DNA from: a virus
IMG/VR virus record: IMGVR_UViG_3300022602_000075
Coordinates: 1-64,000 of that record
Length of the DNA: 64,000 nucleotides
Direction: 5' to 3' (one strand)
The translations under genes and the position numbers were made by a program. Positions 35,201-42,977 of this stretch are shown here, piece by piece. How positions within the stretch are numbered: position 1 is the stretch's first letter; each line of letters begins with the position of its first letter. The notes beneath the pieces were generated by a model. That model was not told the origin of the DNA. It searched no databases and was given only the letters and a program-made list of their open reading frames with translations.

Positions 35201-38200
35201 TAGTATTGAACGGTGGCAGAGGGTACACTAATCCACCTAAAGTAACTGCTTATATTGATACTTCAATTTATCCAGCACCTTCAGTACCTGCTCAATTAGA
35301 AGCAGTTATGAGTTTAGACTCGGTAGTTTCAGTAAATGTTATCGATCCAGGTAATGGATATGCAGTACTCCCACAAATCATTATAGATTACGCTGAGCAA
35401 ATTGTATTTGCAAGCACAAATGTAAATGTACTGTTTAGTACTATTCAGATTCCTACACCTCTCTTACAAACTGGAGACTTAGTAAAATACGAAATGTCTC
35501 CAAACGGACAGGCTATTGGTGGAGTTGAAAACAACCAATGGTACTACATAAACGTACTACAAAGCGCGCCTGCTGTTGTTGTAGCACTTTACACAACTTA
35601 CTTAGATGCAGTAAGTGATACGAACAGAGTATTCTTCTATAATCAAGGCTCGGGAACTGGTCATACTCTGAATTTAGGCGCAAAAGCATCTGCTGTTTCT
35701 ACAGCCGCGCCAATCAGAGAAAACAATATAACATTGAAGTTTGACAGAACTAGTTATAATTCTCAAGTATCAGAATGGACTCCTAATGCATTTTATGGTG
35801 CGTTCTTTACTGGGGATGCATTAAGTCAGTTACAAACTTCAAGTTCTACGCTGCCATTAAGTAGCACTCAGCCTGATATCAATTCTATATTAACTAGCGC
35901 ACAAGGCTGTGTATTTGAAATCGTAGACACTGGGAACATTCAGCAAGTTGAATGGTCTTCTTTTGTACGCACTGTGTCTGAAACTATAGCCTCAACAAAT
36001 GCAATTAGATTAATTCTAAGCAGCAGTACGCTAGAAAATGCTTCAGGTTCTACAGTTGGCATGGTTGAAGGAATGCCGGTACAGTTTAACGGTTTTGTTG
36101 GTTCAAGCGGTATTGTACCAAACACTGTGTACTATGTGAAAGAAGTATTAAGTCTTACAGACTTTACTATTTCAGCAACTTCAGGCGGCAGCACGCTTTC
36201 ATTGAGCAATCAAGTAATAACTGGTGCTGGATTAAATTGCTTAGTTGCACAAGTAACTAATACTGCAACACTGACTATGAACTATCCTGGCATAAGAACT
36301 GCTACTTCGGTCACTGCTAACAGTATTGCAAAACGTGGTTACATAACTGTACCGTTGAATTCAATTGGTACAGGTGGCACAAAGGGTATGTATTCTGGAT
36401 TACCTGTATTCTTTGTAGGGAATGTATTTGGCGGAGTAGTAGCAAATCAAGCATACTATGTCACTACGGTACTAGATAAGCAAAATTTCACAATTTCCAC
36501 TAGCGCAGACCCATACACGGTACAAGTAGAAGCAACTAATAGCAGTACCAATTATGTAACTTTGAATAGTACAACTGGACTTTCAGTTAATGATCCTATT
36601 GTTATTAACGAAATGGTTGTTGAAGGGCAAGCAGCAACTAGTTTTGGTAACATCGTTCCTTCTACAATTTACTATGTAAGTCAAATAATCGATGGTTTTA
36701 ACATAACGATTTCTACTGATTATAATGGTAGTACATTTGTGCTGTCTACAGTTTCATCCACTACTACAGTTACTGCTGGTTCTTTTGTAACAGGAGTTAC
36801 TTATACTATTCTAGATTTAGGAACTACTGATTTTACTTTGATTGGTGCAGCATCTAATACTATTGGAGTAGTATTTGTCGCAACAGGAGCAGGAACTGGT
36901 ACAGGTACTGCAACTTGCCGTTCTTTTGCAACTCTAGTAAGTCAAGCAAATACTGCACTTCTGACTACTTCTATTGGTGACATGACAATCAACTTGTCGC
37001 TACCAGTAAGTCCCGGACAAGTTAATGGTCAGTTGTTTACATTATACAAAACATCACAAGAATATTACCCAATTACATATACAGTTTCTAACGAATTAAC
37101 TGGCTCAATTGTTGCAACTATTGCAGGGGTTAATTATGCTGCTATATCTGCTACATATGGCACAGCAAATTTCTATGTAAACATGCCATTAAGAGTAAGT
37201 CACAATATTGGTAACTTGGTAACAGCAACTACTTACTATGTGACTAGCATTGGTGCAATAACAGTAGAAGTAACAGCAACTGCATCTTCTACAAATAGAC
37301 TTACTTGCAACGATACTTCTGTACTCTACGCTAACATGCCAATCGTCTTTAGTGGTACAGGGTTAGGTGGAATCACAATTAGTCAAACATATTATGTAAA
37401 AACAATAATAGATTCAACACACTTTACTATAAGCACTACACCGAGCGGTACTGTATTAACTCTTACCAGTGACACTGGTTCTATGACAGGCACTGGAGAT
37501 GCGTATATAACACTATCGACTTCGTTGGGAGGTGGCAACGTTTCGTTATCAAGTGACTATGGCCCAGTTACATATACACAGACACCTGTCACTCTGCCTG
37601 ATATAGCAGTTAATTACTTAGTAGGTGGCTACTCTGTAACTATCGTAGCCGGGGGGCAAGGAATGGCTACAACTAATGTACTAACAGTAAGCGGTACTGA
37701 AGTAGGTGGCGTATCCCCTGCCAATGACGTTACTATTGAAGTGAATGGAGTAGATAGTCAAGGATCTATAGTAAGTTTAACAGTCACGGGAACAGTACCT
37801 GCTGATTCACAAAGCAAGTATTACTTAAAAGTAACAGGAACAAATACATTTGAAGTGTATGCTGATCCGTTAATGGCAGTACCTGTAACAGGAATTGGAT
37901 TCCCATACACGGGAGTAAAATCAACTACTGCAACTACAGTTACTGCTTCCAATGACAGAGTTACTGTAGCAGATTCTACAATATTTGCAGTAAATGATTC
38001 AGTAGTATTCACTGGAGAAGTTTTCACTACAGATATTGTATTGGGTCAGACTTATTATATTAAGGCAAAACCAACATCAACTACTGTAACTATTTCTACT
38101 CTGCCTGGGGGTACTACATTAGATATAACTGCAAATGCATCTGGTTCTATGACTATGGCTGCTTTGGGTTCGTTTGCGTTCTTGTATGAACCATTCTATT

Positions 38201-41200
38201 TTAACCCAAGCATTGTTAAGTTCAGCAATCAACTGTATCGCTGCATAGTTAGCAATAATGATTCAGAATTTGTTTATGGCAAGTGGGAACTATTAGATTC
38301 GGGTGATCGTAGAATCAACGCACTAGACAGAATTGTTGGATACTATAAGCCTACAGTCAATATGCCTAGTTTCACGTACCATGAGACTTCACCGCTTCAG
38401 CCAGGAGTTTCAAGTGTTGACTTCTCACAATTATTGACTGGTACTACTTACCCTAACAGCACATACTTAGGTAATCCGTTCCAACCATCGCAACAGTTAC
38501 CGCTGAATGTAAAACTGCAAGATCAACCATTTATTGCAACTCTGCCAGCAGTATATGATGTACAAGGCTCAGCATTTACTTCAGGATTCGGCCCAGAAGA
38601 ACTAGTACCTGGTATTGTATCTGACAATCTATCTATGATAGTTAATACGCTACCGGGTAGTAATTGGGATCCTGCTCAATATGCACATGACGGTTATAAT
38701 GTAGTATCTCTACAATTTACACCTGCTTATTCAACCCAAACTGTTTACAGTTTTGATAGAGCAGTTCAAGTGCCCGCACAAGTAGCAGTATTTGTGATTA
38801 ATGGTTCTACTCAATTGTCTACTAGCATCTATAATAGCATAGATTATACTGTTGATTGGGTAAACAGTACTGTAATATTGAATAGTCCTCTAGCAGCATC
38901 TAATACTCTAAGAATAGATGTGTACGAAGTAGGCAATGGATACCAATTAGTCAAGTCAAGTACTAAGCGTGACCCTATTATACTAGATCCAGTTACTGGA
39001 TTCAATGGAATTCCATTAGATTGCAACTATGCCGGTAATATCAATAACGGCAACGGAATAGTAAGACCGGGTACGGCACCTATACAAACCAATGCTACTG
39101 CTACTATAAGCGCAACAAATTCTATTGTAGTAGACAATGTATCAAGTTTCATATTAAACAGTCCAATTACATTCCAAGGTAGCACTTTTGGAAACATTGT
39201 AGCAGGTACTACTTATTATGTAAAAACAATCAGCACTGTAACAGACAGTATTACGGTGTCTACAACATATGATATTTCAACCGGTATAGCAGGATCTACA
39301 TTCCACTTAAGTGACGCGGTGGGTAGTATGGTCTGCATCATCGAAACTGGCAACGGAGTATTCTGGAGTCCTCCAGTCGTATATCACAATGGTAATAAAC
39401 TAGTTTTGGGAACTATAAATTTTGCGATTTCAACTTCAGCAAGCACAGGATACATAACATGTAACTCTACTTCTGGATTAATAGCAAACACACCTATTAA
39501 GTTTAGCAATACAATGTTTGGTGGCGTAACTCCACAAACAACTTATTACATTTCTCATATTTTGGATTCTTATAAATTTAGTATATCTGCTACTCCTGGT
39601 GGAGCACCATTAACATTGACCGATGCAGTTGGTGGAGCATCGTTTATTACAAACGACTATGCTGCTGCGCTTTCGGCAGACGGTTTTACAGCCAAATTAG
39701 TGTTTGCTTCACTTTATGATCCTTCAGTAGATTATATTACCTATACACTGTTTGGAGAAACAGTTCCTCAATATAGCTATACTATACCTGAAACTCAAGT
39801 CTTTTCAAATATCACAGGATCTTCATTTACTTTAACTAATTATGTAGTTGAAGATAATCCTACTAACGCTATAGTAGAAGTAAATGGCGTAAGACAAACG
39901 GCTGCACAGTACACTATCAGCAGTTTATCAAACACCATAACATTCAATACTCCTCCACCGATCGGAAGTACAGTTGCAGTAACATCATATAACTTGACTG
40001 ATAATCAATACTTTAATACTCAATATGGTATTAGTGGTTCTTCTCTGTCTGCATCTACTACAGTTATAGTATCTGCTACAACAAACACAGTATCAACTTA
40101 TGACCAAAACGGCACAGTTGGATATGACACTCAATTGTACGCAGAAAATCTAAACACGCTAACACTAGATACTGGATATAACACTTCAGTGTTCACAATA
40201 GGTCAAGTGATTGTGTTCTCTGCTCCAACTATCGGCGGTATAGTAGCCGGTAAAAACTATTACATAGCACAAATAATAGATTCTTCTACGTTTACTATTT
40301 CGGAACTATTAGGTGGCGCACCAATTGCGGTAACTACTGCTACGGGAACAATGACTGGAAATCTAAACGGCATCACAGTAGCCGCGATTACTAATATCAG
40401 TAATGTCATATCAGATCCTCTTGCTACTACAACAGTAACTGGAACATCTTCTATAACTAACTTGATTACTTGTGCTTCAACTACTAACTTTGCTTTAAAT
40501 CAAACTGTGCAGTTTGAGGCTAGTGTTATTTCCGCTACATCAATTGTTATAGGGGCAACATATAGAATTGAATCATTAGGTACAACTGATTTTACAACTA
40601 TAGGTGCTGCTACAAATGCGGTTGGGGTAATCTTTATTGCTACAGGAGTGGGTACTGGTACAGGCACTGCACTATTGGCTACATTTGGCAACATAGATTT
40701 GTTGGGCCAAGTGTACTTTGTAAAAACTAAAGACAGTTCTACAACATTCTCTATTTCGGATCAAGCAGGTAACACAATTACATTAGGTACTGATTCCGGT
40801 TCGATAAAAGCAATAGTCGGTGGACAACCTACTATTAGAATAACAACTGGCGTACTTAATACTTTTGAAGACAATACTCTTGTTAGAATTGATGGAACAT
40901 TGGGTTCTACACAATTAAATAACCAGACGTTCTACGCTAAAGTAATTACAACTACTCAGTTTGACATTTACTCACAACCATACAGTCCTGCGTTTGGGGC
41001 TATTAACTCTCCAGTTACTAATGTATCTACTTGGCTTGGCGGTGGATATGCATGGAGAGATGGGCTATTCACTATAATTGATACCAAAGCAACTGCGACC
41101 GCACCGAATGGACTAATCACTGTTAATTCGACTACAGAGTTAATATTGGGTACCCCAGTATACTTCACTGTTTCGGGAACAGCACTTGGTTCAACCATTA

Positions 41201-42147
41201 TGGGAGGATTAATCGCAGGCAGAGAGTACTTTGTAAATCAAATTGTTCCTGGAACTGGTTTCTATGTCACCGAAACTAGAGGTGGCAACAATCTAGCACT
41301 TACTTCTGATACAGGTGGTGTCAACGTAACACAATGGCAACAAACTAATGTTGACCGTCTATGGGTAACAGTAAATGGGTATCGAGTTCCTTCTTCATCA
41401 CTGCGTTTGAATCCAGGAAATGATCTAAGCATACTAGCAAGTATTAATCCAGGTGACGAAGTAATTATTACTAGTATGGTGCCTTCGGCTACCCCAAATC
41501 AAATGACTTACTACATGAATGTAAATCAACTTGGGGTACCGGTAGTTTACAATGCTAACATGTCTAAAACTTGGTTAGTACGTGGATTAGAAAGTTTAGA
41601 TACAGTAATTTACGTCAACGATGTATCACAAATTACAGAAACTATTGTCCAAAACAATATTGCACCTGCACCAGTTGGAGGAGTAATCAGTATAGGATTG
41701 AATGTAGACAAGAGAACACTAACTAGCGTAACAGTTTACAACAACACAACTGGTCAAACTGTTCCAAGTAGCGCATATAGCGTTCAAATAGTTGACGCAT
41801 CTCCTACTCTGCTAATAACAGGGGGAGTCACTACAGGAAACTACTTGACGATAACTTCAATTCAGGGTAACTTAATCTATATTAACGGAGAACAAATTGT
41901 ATTTGGAGTAGTAGATTTTGCCACTAACACACTTACCCAATTGCAACGTGGAGCAAATGGCACTGCTACACAGACATTAATCGCTCCGTATACTCCTGTA
42001 CTAGGATTGCTGCCCGGCGATCGATTATCTGATACTTACTATAATCAAACTTGGAATCCAATCCCAGGAATCTACAATCTTACTGAGGGCGACCCGCTAC
42101 AGATAGCAGATACTGCCCCTGCTACTTTCTTAAATACGGGGAAATAA
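23299..42147 (+). CDS. Giant baseplate / tail-associated structural protein (6282 aa, gp7-like position)
   Basis: Uninterrupted 18.8-kb ORF after the gp6-like gene; LPEIFQT..N..FL.ATLDQL start; several families of internal repeats. Confidence 0.8.
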   Translation: MAKVIRTLDFLPEIFQTPSNQQFLSATLDQLVNPPDLQKLQGFVGNRFGYGVNANDYYVTEPDATRTNYQLDPGVVFTKPGTSTATDFISYPGILNAINAAGGLANNNSRLFNSQFYSWDSFTNLDPLINFNQYYWLPEGPPAVTVAAATVFSAEDYVVTAEANGYNISVLGSDTGSINPTITLLRGGVYNFYVNQSTQFWIQGLPGVQGIDPTNPNQSVRQIYGVGNNGAETGIVTFTVPPANAQQQYILPGNNLVSLVSNIPYENLNGQLVSTIKNIDGVTSLNGMTVMFYDTGTPVNTNFYKIAYVGDPNNPTISLSVVSAIPVNQNINVVYGNTYGGLTFYLDNSNNIEQLPYISAPLDTLYYQDGSDPTRVGMIRLIESNVTNQLDINTQVLGQKNFTSTNGVVFTNGLKVQFNGDVVPSSYLTGQYYVQGVGTAIELLPVSDFIVSEPFTGDVLTPWDSTNWDIGNFSDTLYIPTYPDYITIARNSINRNPWSRSNRWFHIDVINATAQYNNDPSIATTFARQDNKAARPIIEFYPNLELFNYGSVGVSAVDFIDFRTTDCLNLVAGQPVYYPDVDVYTAYNANVFNPPVPTVGFTTPSPMGSINVANMRAVAISPTGVYVAVGYGTANSALYSVSTDGINWTTPASMNGVVVPAASMNSVTVNSAGLFVAVGGAGYPYYATSTDGINWTTPALMNGSSVYTQMRSVTVNSSGLFVAVGSDGSTYPLYATSTDGTNWTTPAIMNGSTSFAAMQAVTVNSSGLFVAVGYDGNQYPVYATSVDGSTWTTPTPMNGTTNPVRMLAVTVNSSGLFVAIGTDINTGYPVYSTSTTGSNWITPVAMTGSASGIRMTAVSTNYYGLFVAVGYDQNTVDGVAYRPVYSTSLDGSTWTAPAFMNNSIDPANIYGVAVDTIGGFVAVGDSGVSGVVSKSVIQLPSTSTTVTVPVASVTGTLEVGMYINDSQNILPPNTQITSITNHSGVLYIEVSWPNPTVLSGIIGVSLVADPSSNTNYALFPGARVIFAADPAQKAKIFVVNFSTVTQGSPPVITLAEAPDGQIVAGNVAAVIRGYNNQGYSFWYNGTAWVQAQQKITNNQAPLFDVFDSNGISFGNPAYYVGTSFKGSRLFSYAIGTGLADKVLGFPLSYSSVNNIGDISFDVSFNSDTFTYVNSSSPVTENVNTGFVYNTNSLTDHTRLLGWQTAVGPSVQYQVFEFNYVRNYVVPNNAFLLDVAPVASDVEPWPVLEVYVNNVLQPSTNYTVTTTSDSTTVVINIPNQITNTLVQILVLSDQVSKYAFYQIPINLSNNPFNTDITVTNVGDIRRQYASIFNNCPNTTGHVFGSNNYRDLGNLVPYGNVIIQNSASLALPATFLRNLDFNIFDALAYNSKKYVEYKNLIVYTVNSYPFDQRYDPAYVLNTAIDLITAAKDSSQSFFWSDMIPAKAPYASNAYTFKSNLDRTVYPLTQTYNFKTANYNGVLVYLSRTISGLTITKQLVINQDYTVSATAPSLEITIQLLAGDVVTINEYNQTYGSYVPNTPTKLGLYPAFIPEVVLDTGYQQPTYFIKGHDGSYNKLYGDYIPETDTLVDFRDQALLEFEKRVYNNLKLSNTIPIQAYEVTPGFFRTTDYSYDEWLEIYTPGFLNWVGQNKLDYKQQYYNSYNQYTWNYKKTTNKVDNSVIDIGYWRGVYSYFYDTTTPNTTPWEMLGYKNEPSWWTDRYGPAPYTSNNLVLWGDLAAGLDWNNGNPVVIPKAVRNGLLKVLPVDSQGNLISPFQSVVANYYTPSFEANWVVGDDGPVEFSYRRSSSWPFDLMRILALTKPAEFFNLGAWVDNYKYSEEFNQYLVGGRSHLVPNEIPVYGSGTPVTSYINWVVDYRKQYGVDATTTITTLINNLDVRLVYRLAGFSDQNLLNFYIQSTNPNSNNSSLLIPNESYQVLLYSNPPYSVLQYSSVIVQITNQGQYAVFGNSQNSAYFSTLVPKNDGQTSTTKVDSLSVTVPRNFTSTEEMVPYGTIFQTPQAVAIFLASYGAYLEANGATYEYQLGALPINWNQMISEFLYWVQIGWQPGAITTLNPAAYELTINRENQIVQPLSVQGANFVLNQNLYPIKNADLSIIRNGTQFSVTPLNQGDTISYGQFNLSNFENACVFNNTTMFGDTICDLVTGLRQNRLYLRGAKTASWNGTYTASGFIINQNNVVQWDPAAKYTKGQIVKYKNQYWVAQDIIQPSETFQQKYWLLSNYNMIQTGLLPNSSTNSLDSTYYYSNEQSALNTDTNLLCYSLIGYRQRDYAAIADLTDVTQVNVYQNLIKTKGSTNAVSAFKGATLPHGGIDYNVYENWAILSSNFGGVLNNNFVQFKLNAAELSGNPFIVGLTDGVSTTGVEQEVPLYSLYNYNYSSPPTSPNVLPTISQYVPSTLFPDAGYVNFNDVKMSSYFYSQLPTAVNQQGVIIPLTSFYVGDYVWLANYLNQWNVYTPISLGQVVAVTNNLNNTCTVTFSQMHNLKQYDLIAITNFNSAVNGYYTVNNVVDNYQITILLSLTSSSRQLIGQGVGMYLSPQRVTTPSQITNLPLDSSEFVKNTVWVDTNNDGGWAVYQKNINYQLEEEITQPLNDSLSFGSSVVYNSNLGGYLIGDPNLGNVYRYDLNQGTGGYDLFQTLTHAASFGSSMVNEGSIYVISQPTGTPTVYIYTINNSVLSDQLISYQAGITAPSGVTNWGSALALSGDTNWLYISDTGHNKVYVYNKQNILLTAGSFVTGETYTINSIGTTDFTAVGAIENKVGITFIATGAGSGTGTATQSTYKSSAIIDATGFLTTGDNFGYSIATDYYGDTVVIGAPDVDYSTDYQNWGSAYVYERSVQNFIAPYTYPLNSNPAPSFQLAWSPSAVQVSVNSVAVQASEYSISGSTLTYTGSLTAGDIINVSGNVFTKVQTLTTQNNPQVGVQFGLSVDTTAHAGEIIVGAPFELTQQLVEGAVYRFTNGGAEYGQVYGTSPVATTATRTILINGFAATIPSGANAAVAANTINQTNIINITASATSDNKLVISLTNPALAQANEKLLVTALNSSALTELGVNTYTQTQVVLCPHTEGPTQFGTVVKFNESGSFVASAPVGTRYEDTTFDVVDYPDQDTIFDNNTTQFIESFPNAGAVYMFDYLGNYNETLQNPGSFVYAQSVNAPNLTYGPQPRYGTAIDFVSNRVVVGTPNMYNYDISATTLTAGVTYTIVFVGTTDFTAIGAVSNTVGVTFVATGPASGSGFATDGDLVSYGQVISYTNSVGQQDWEVYRQTAPIVDTARIGYMQIFSAQTNNTLVNLDYFDPLQDKLLGAVAENIDVISNNDPASYNNGNVTQRALVWGKEHLGNIWFNTSNVRFVNYHQDDVVYNSKYWGAVFPGSDVAVYTWVASNNPPANYQGPGTPYNTNLYTIETILNASQSAVPVYYFWVRNTSIIFSEQGKTLSDTVLQSYISSPQNSGISYISPILPNVFSVYNSQQYLNGNDSVLNVGYATGVTNDQYHTEYSLIRENYPDDFLPGLPTLANPTPTLLYQKLLYSLSGVDGIGQVVPDPFLPVAVQSGVAARPRQSFFLDRFIALQNYIEFANNVMSKYPITEIRENATYLYAKGPFYDTSNYWEFINWWAPGYDNSIRSSTVVPFYADLSTLSVAPGTIVKVQSNGAGKSEWYILVAGNVWNRIGLQNGTIQFKSSLWNYKDAGFGWGNNFFDTASFDTYPSEETYWIARALTEQIYTNELLAYRNNSLILLFQYIQSESVSSQNYLTWLNKTSLVDVSHNIRQLLPYENYQSDNQDFLAGYLGEALPYHVFIKEFTYVYTGSNTWAGNVIDFDLPAQYNTTIDQFVSPQLVYSNPDNVYTYSPTSLIWQQPEYYQWFTNYGISLTGETNYLIGEITAYLGLGSSVIAVTNASGFPLNGVIMIGEEKIAYSTVNRANNTLTNLVRGYGGTTVSVHFPGENIYIDLPAVLVLNGGRGYTNPPKVTAYIDTSIYPAPSVPAQLEAVMSLDSVVSVNVIDPGNGYAVLPQIIIDYAEQIVFASTNVNVLFSTIQIPTPLLQTGDLVKYEMSPNGQAIGGVENNQWYYINVLQSAPAVVVALYTTYLDAVSDTNRVFFYNQGSGTGHTLNLGAKASAVSTAAPIRENNITLKFDRTSYNSQVSEWTPNAFYGAFFTGDALSQLQTSSSTLPLSSTQPDINSILTSAQGCVFEIVDTGNIQQVEWSSFVRTVSETIASTNAIRLILSSSTLENASGSTVGMVEGMPVQFNGFVGSSGIVPNTVYYVKEVLSLTDFTISATSGGSTLSLSNQVITGAGLNCLVAQVTNTATLTMNYPGIRTATSVTANSIAKRGYITVPLNSIGTGGTKGMYSGLPVFFVGNVFGGVVANQAYYVTTVLDKQNFTISTSADPYTVQVEATNSSTNYVTLNSTTGLSVNDPIVINEMVVEGQAATSFGNIVPSTIYYVSQIIDGFNITISTDYNGSTFVLSTVSSTTTVTAGSFVTGVTYTILDLGTTDFTLIGAASNTIGVVFVATGAGTGTGTATCRSFATLVSQANTALLTTSIGDMTINLSLPVSPGQVNGQLFTLYKTSQEYYPITYTVSNELTGSIVATIAGVNYAAISATYGTANFYVNMPLRVSHNIGNLVTATTYYVTSIGAITVEVTATASSTNRLTCNDTSVLYANMPIVFSGTGLGGITISQTYYVKTIIDSTHFTISTTPSGTVLTLTSDTGSMTGTGDAYITLSTSLGGGNVSLSSDYGPVTYTQTPVTLPDIAVNYLVGGYSVTIVAGGQGMATTNVLTVSGTEVGGVSPANDVTIEVNGVDSQGSIVSLTVTGTVPADSQSKYYLKVTGTNTFEVYADPLMAVPVTGIGFPYTGVKSTTATTVTASNDRVTVADSTIFAVNDSVVFTGEVFTTDIVLGQTYYIKAKPTSTTVTISTLPGGTTLDITANASGSMTMAALGSFAFLYEPFYFNPSIVKFSNQLYRCIVSNNDSEFVYGKWELLDSGDRRINALDRIVGYYKPTVNMPSFTYHETSPLQPGVSSVDFSQLLTGTTYPNSTYLGNPFQPSQQLPLNVKLQDQPFIATLPAVYDVQGSAFTSGFGPEELVPGIVSDNLSMIVNTLPGSNWDPAQYAHDGYNVVSLQFTPAYSTQTVYSFDRAVQVPAQVAVFVINGSTQLSTSIYNSIDYTVDWVNSTVILNSPLAASNTLRIDVYEVGNGYQLVKSSTKRDPIILDPVTGFNGIPLDCNYAGNINNGNGIVRPGTAPIQTNATATISATNSIVVDNVSSFILNSPITFQGSTFGNIVAGTTYYVKTISTVTDSITVSTTYDISTGIAGSTFHLSDAVGSMVCIIETGNGVFWSPPVVYHNGNKLVLGTINFAISTSASTGYITCNSTSGLIANTPIKFSNTMFGGVTPQTTYYISHILDSYKFSISATPGGAPLTLTDAVGGASFITNDYAAALSADGFTAKLVFASLYDPSVDYITYTLFGETVPQYSYTIPETQVFSNITGSSFTLTNYVVEDNPTNAIVEVNGVRQTAAQYTISSLSNTITFNTPPPIGSTVAVTSYNLTDNQYFNTQYGISGSSLSASTTVIVSATTNTVSTYDQNGTVGYDTQLYAENLNTLTLDTGYNTSVFTIGQVIVFSAPTIGGIVAGKNYYIAQIIDSSTFTISELLGGAPIAVTTATGTMTGNLNGITVAAITNISNVISDPLATTTVTGTSSITNLITCASTTNFALNQTVQFEASVISATSIVIGATYRIESLGTTDFTTIGAATNAVGVIFIATGVGTGTGTALLATFGNIDLLGQVYFVKTKDSSTTFSISDQAGNTITLGTDSGSIKAIVGGQPTIRITTGVLNTFEDNTLVRIDGTLGSTQLNNQTFYAKVITTTQFDIYSQPYSPAFGAINSPVTNVSTWLGGGYAWRDGLFTIIDTKATATAPNGLITVNSTTELILGTPVYFTVSGTALGSTIMGGLIAGREYFVNQIVPGTGFYVTETRGGNNLALTSDTGGVNVTQWQQTNVDRLWVTVNGYRVPSSSLRLNPGNDLSILASINPGDEVIITSMVPSATPNQMTYYMNVNQLGVPVVYNANMSKTWLVRGLESLDTVIYVNDVSQITETIVQNNIAPAPVGGVISIGLNVDKRTLTSVTVYNNTTGQTVPSSAYSVQIVDASPTLLITGGVTTGNYLTITSIQGNLIYINGEQIVFGVVDFATNTLTQLQRGANGTATQTLIAPYTPVLGLLPGDRLSDTYYNQTWNPIPGIYNLTEGDPLQIADTAPATFLNTGK
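25090..26100 (+). repeat. About 6-7 tandem ~50-aa beta-propeller-like repeats in the giant protein
   Basis: Repeated STDG.NWTTPA.MNG....M..VTVNSSGLFVAVG unit with Asp-box-like SxDGxxW; boundaries approximate. Confidence 0.8.
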
Positions 42148-42165
42148 GTAATGATAAATAATTCT

Positions 42166-42318
42166 ATGAACTCGGATAATTCAAAACCTATGAACTTACA
42201 GGCAACCACACCCCAAAGAAAGCCCAATGAATTGGGAACATTGCAATTTTCGTCGCATGTTAAGATCACTGATCCTAACACAAGAGAAGTTTTGGTAGAT
42301 AAGAGGGGTGACAACTAA
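42166..42318 (+). CDS. Small 50-aa protein missed by the ORF track
   Basis: TAAATA-N5-ATG; MNSDNSKPMNLQATTPQRKPNELGTLQFSSHVKITDPNTREVLVDKRGDN; stop lies 1 nt before the next ATG. Confidence 0.7.
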   Translation: MNSDNSKPMNLQATTPQRKPNELGTLQFSSHVKITDPNTREVLVDKRGDN

Positions 42319-42319
42319 A

Positions 42320-42946
42320 ATGTCTATTATTAACTTAGCCTATAAAGTAGAAGGTTTTCTAAAGATTTATGACCCAAATAATGGGGAAATCTTTGTAGAC
42401 AAAAAGAATGCTATCAACTATGAAAACATGTCCATAGCCATTGCTAATACTCTTAGTGCCCGCGGTTATGGAGAAATTTACGAAATGGCGTTTGGTAATG
42501 GTGCTGCTTCAGTAGACAATACTGGTGTTATTACTTATTTGCCGCCAAACGTTACGGGTCAGAACGCGGCCCTGTATAACCAAACTTATTCAAAGATCGT
42601 AGATGATAACAGTGTTTTCAACTTAGATCCTACTAGAAACAAAATGACAGTGTATCACACTGCGGGTACAGTATATACTGACATTTTGGTGCAATGTTTG
42701 CTTGATTACGGCGAACCTGCAGGACAAAATGCATTCGACAACAGCACACAAACAGATTCTTCATACGTGTTCGATGAATTAGGATTACTGTCCAATAATG
42801 GTACAGATTCTAACGGAAATGTTTTTACAAGTTTGTTAACTCATGTTGTTTTTCACCCTGTACAGAAGTCTCTGAACAGACAGATACAGATTGACTACAC
42901 AGTTAGAATACAATCGTTGACCAACTTGATTACAACCAGTTCTTAA
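42320..42946 (+). CDS. Baseplate/tail structural protein
   Basis: MAFGNG, LDYGEP, FDELGL and THVVFHPVQKSLNR motifs; between the giant protein and the fibre. Confidence 0.65.
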   Translation: MSIINLAYKVEGFLKIYDPNNGEIFVDKKNAINYENMSIAIANTLSARGYGEIYEMAFGNGAASVDNTGVITYLPPNVTGQNAALYNQTYSKIVDDNSVFNLDPTRNKMTVYHTAGTVYTDILVQCLLDYGEPAGQNAFDNSTQTDSSYVFDELGLLSNNGTDSNGNVFTSLLTHVVFHPVQKSLNRQIQIDYTVRIQSLTNLITTSS

Positions 42947-42977
42947 CAGATAAATAAAAAGCGGAGCCACTGCAACT

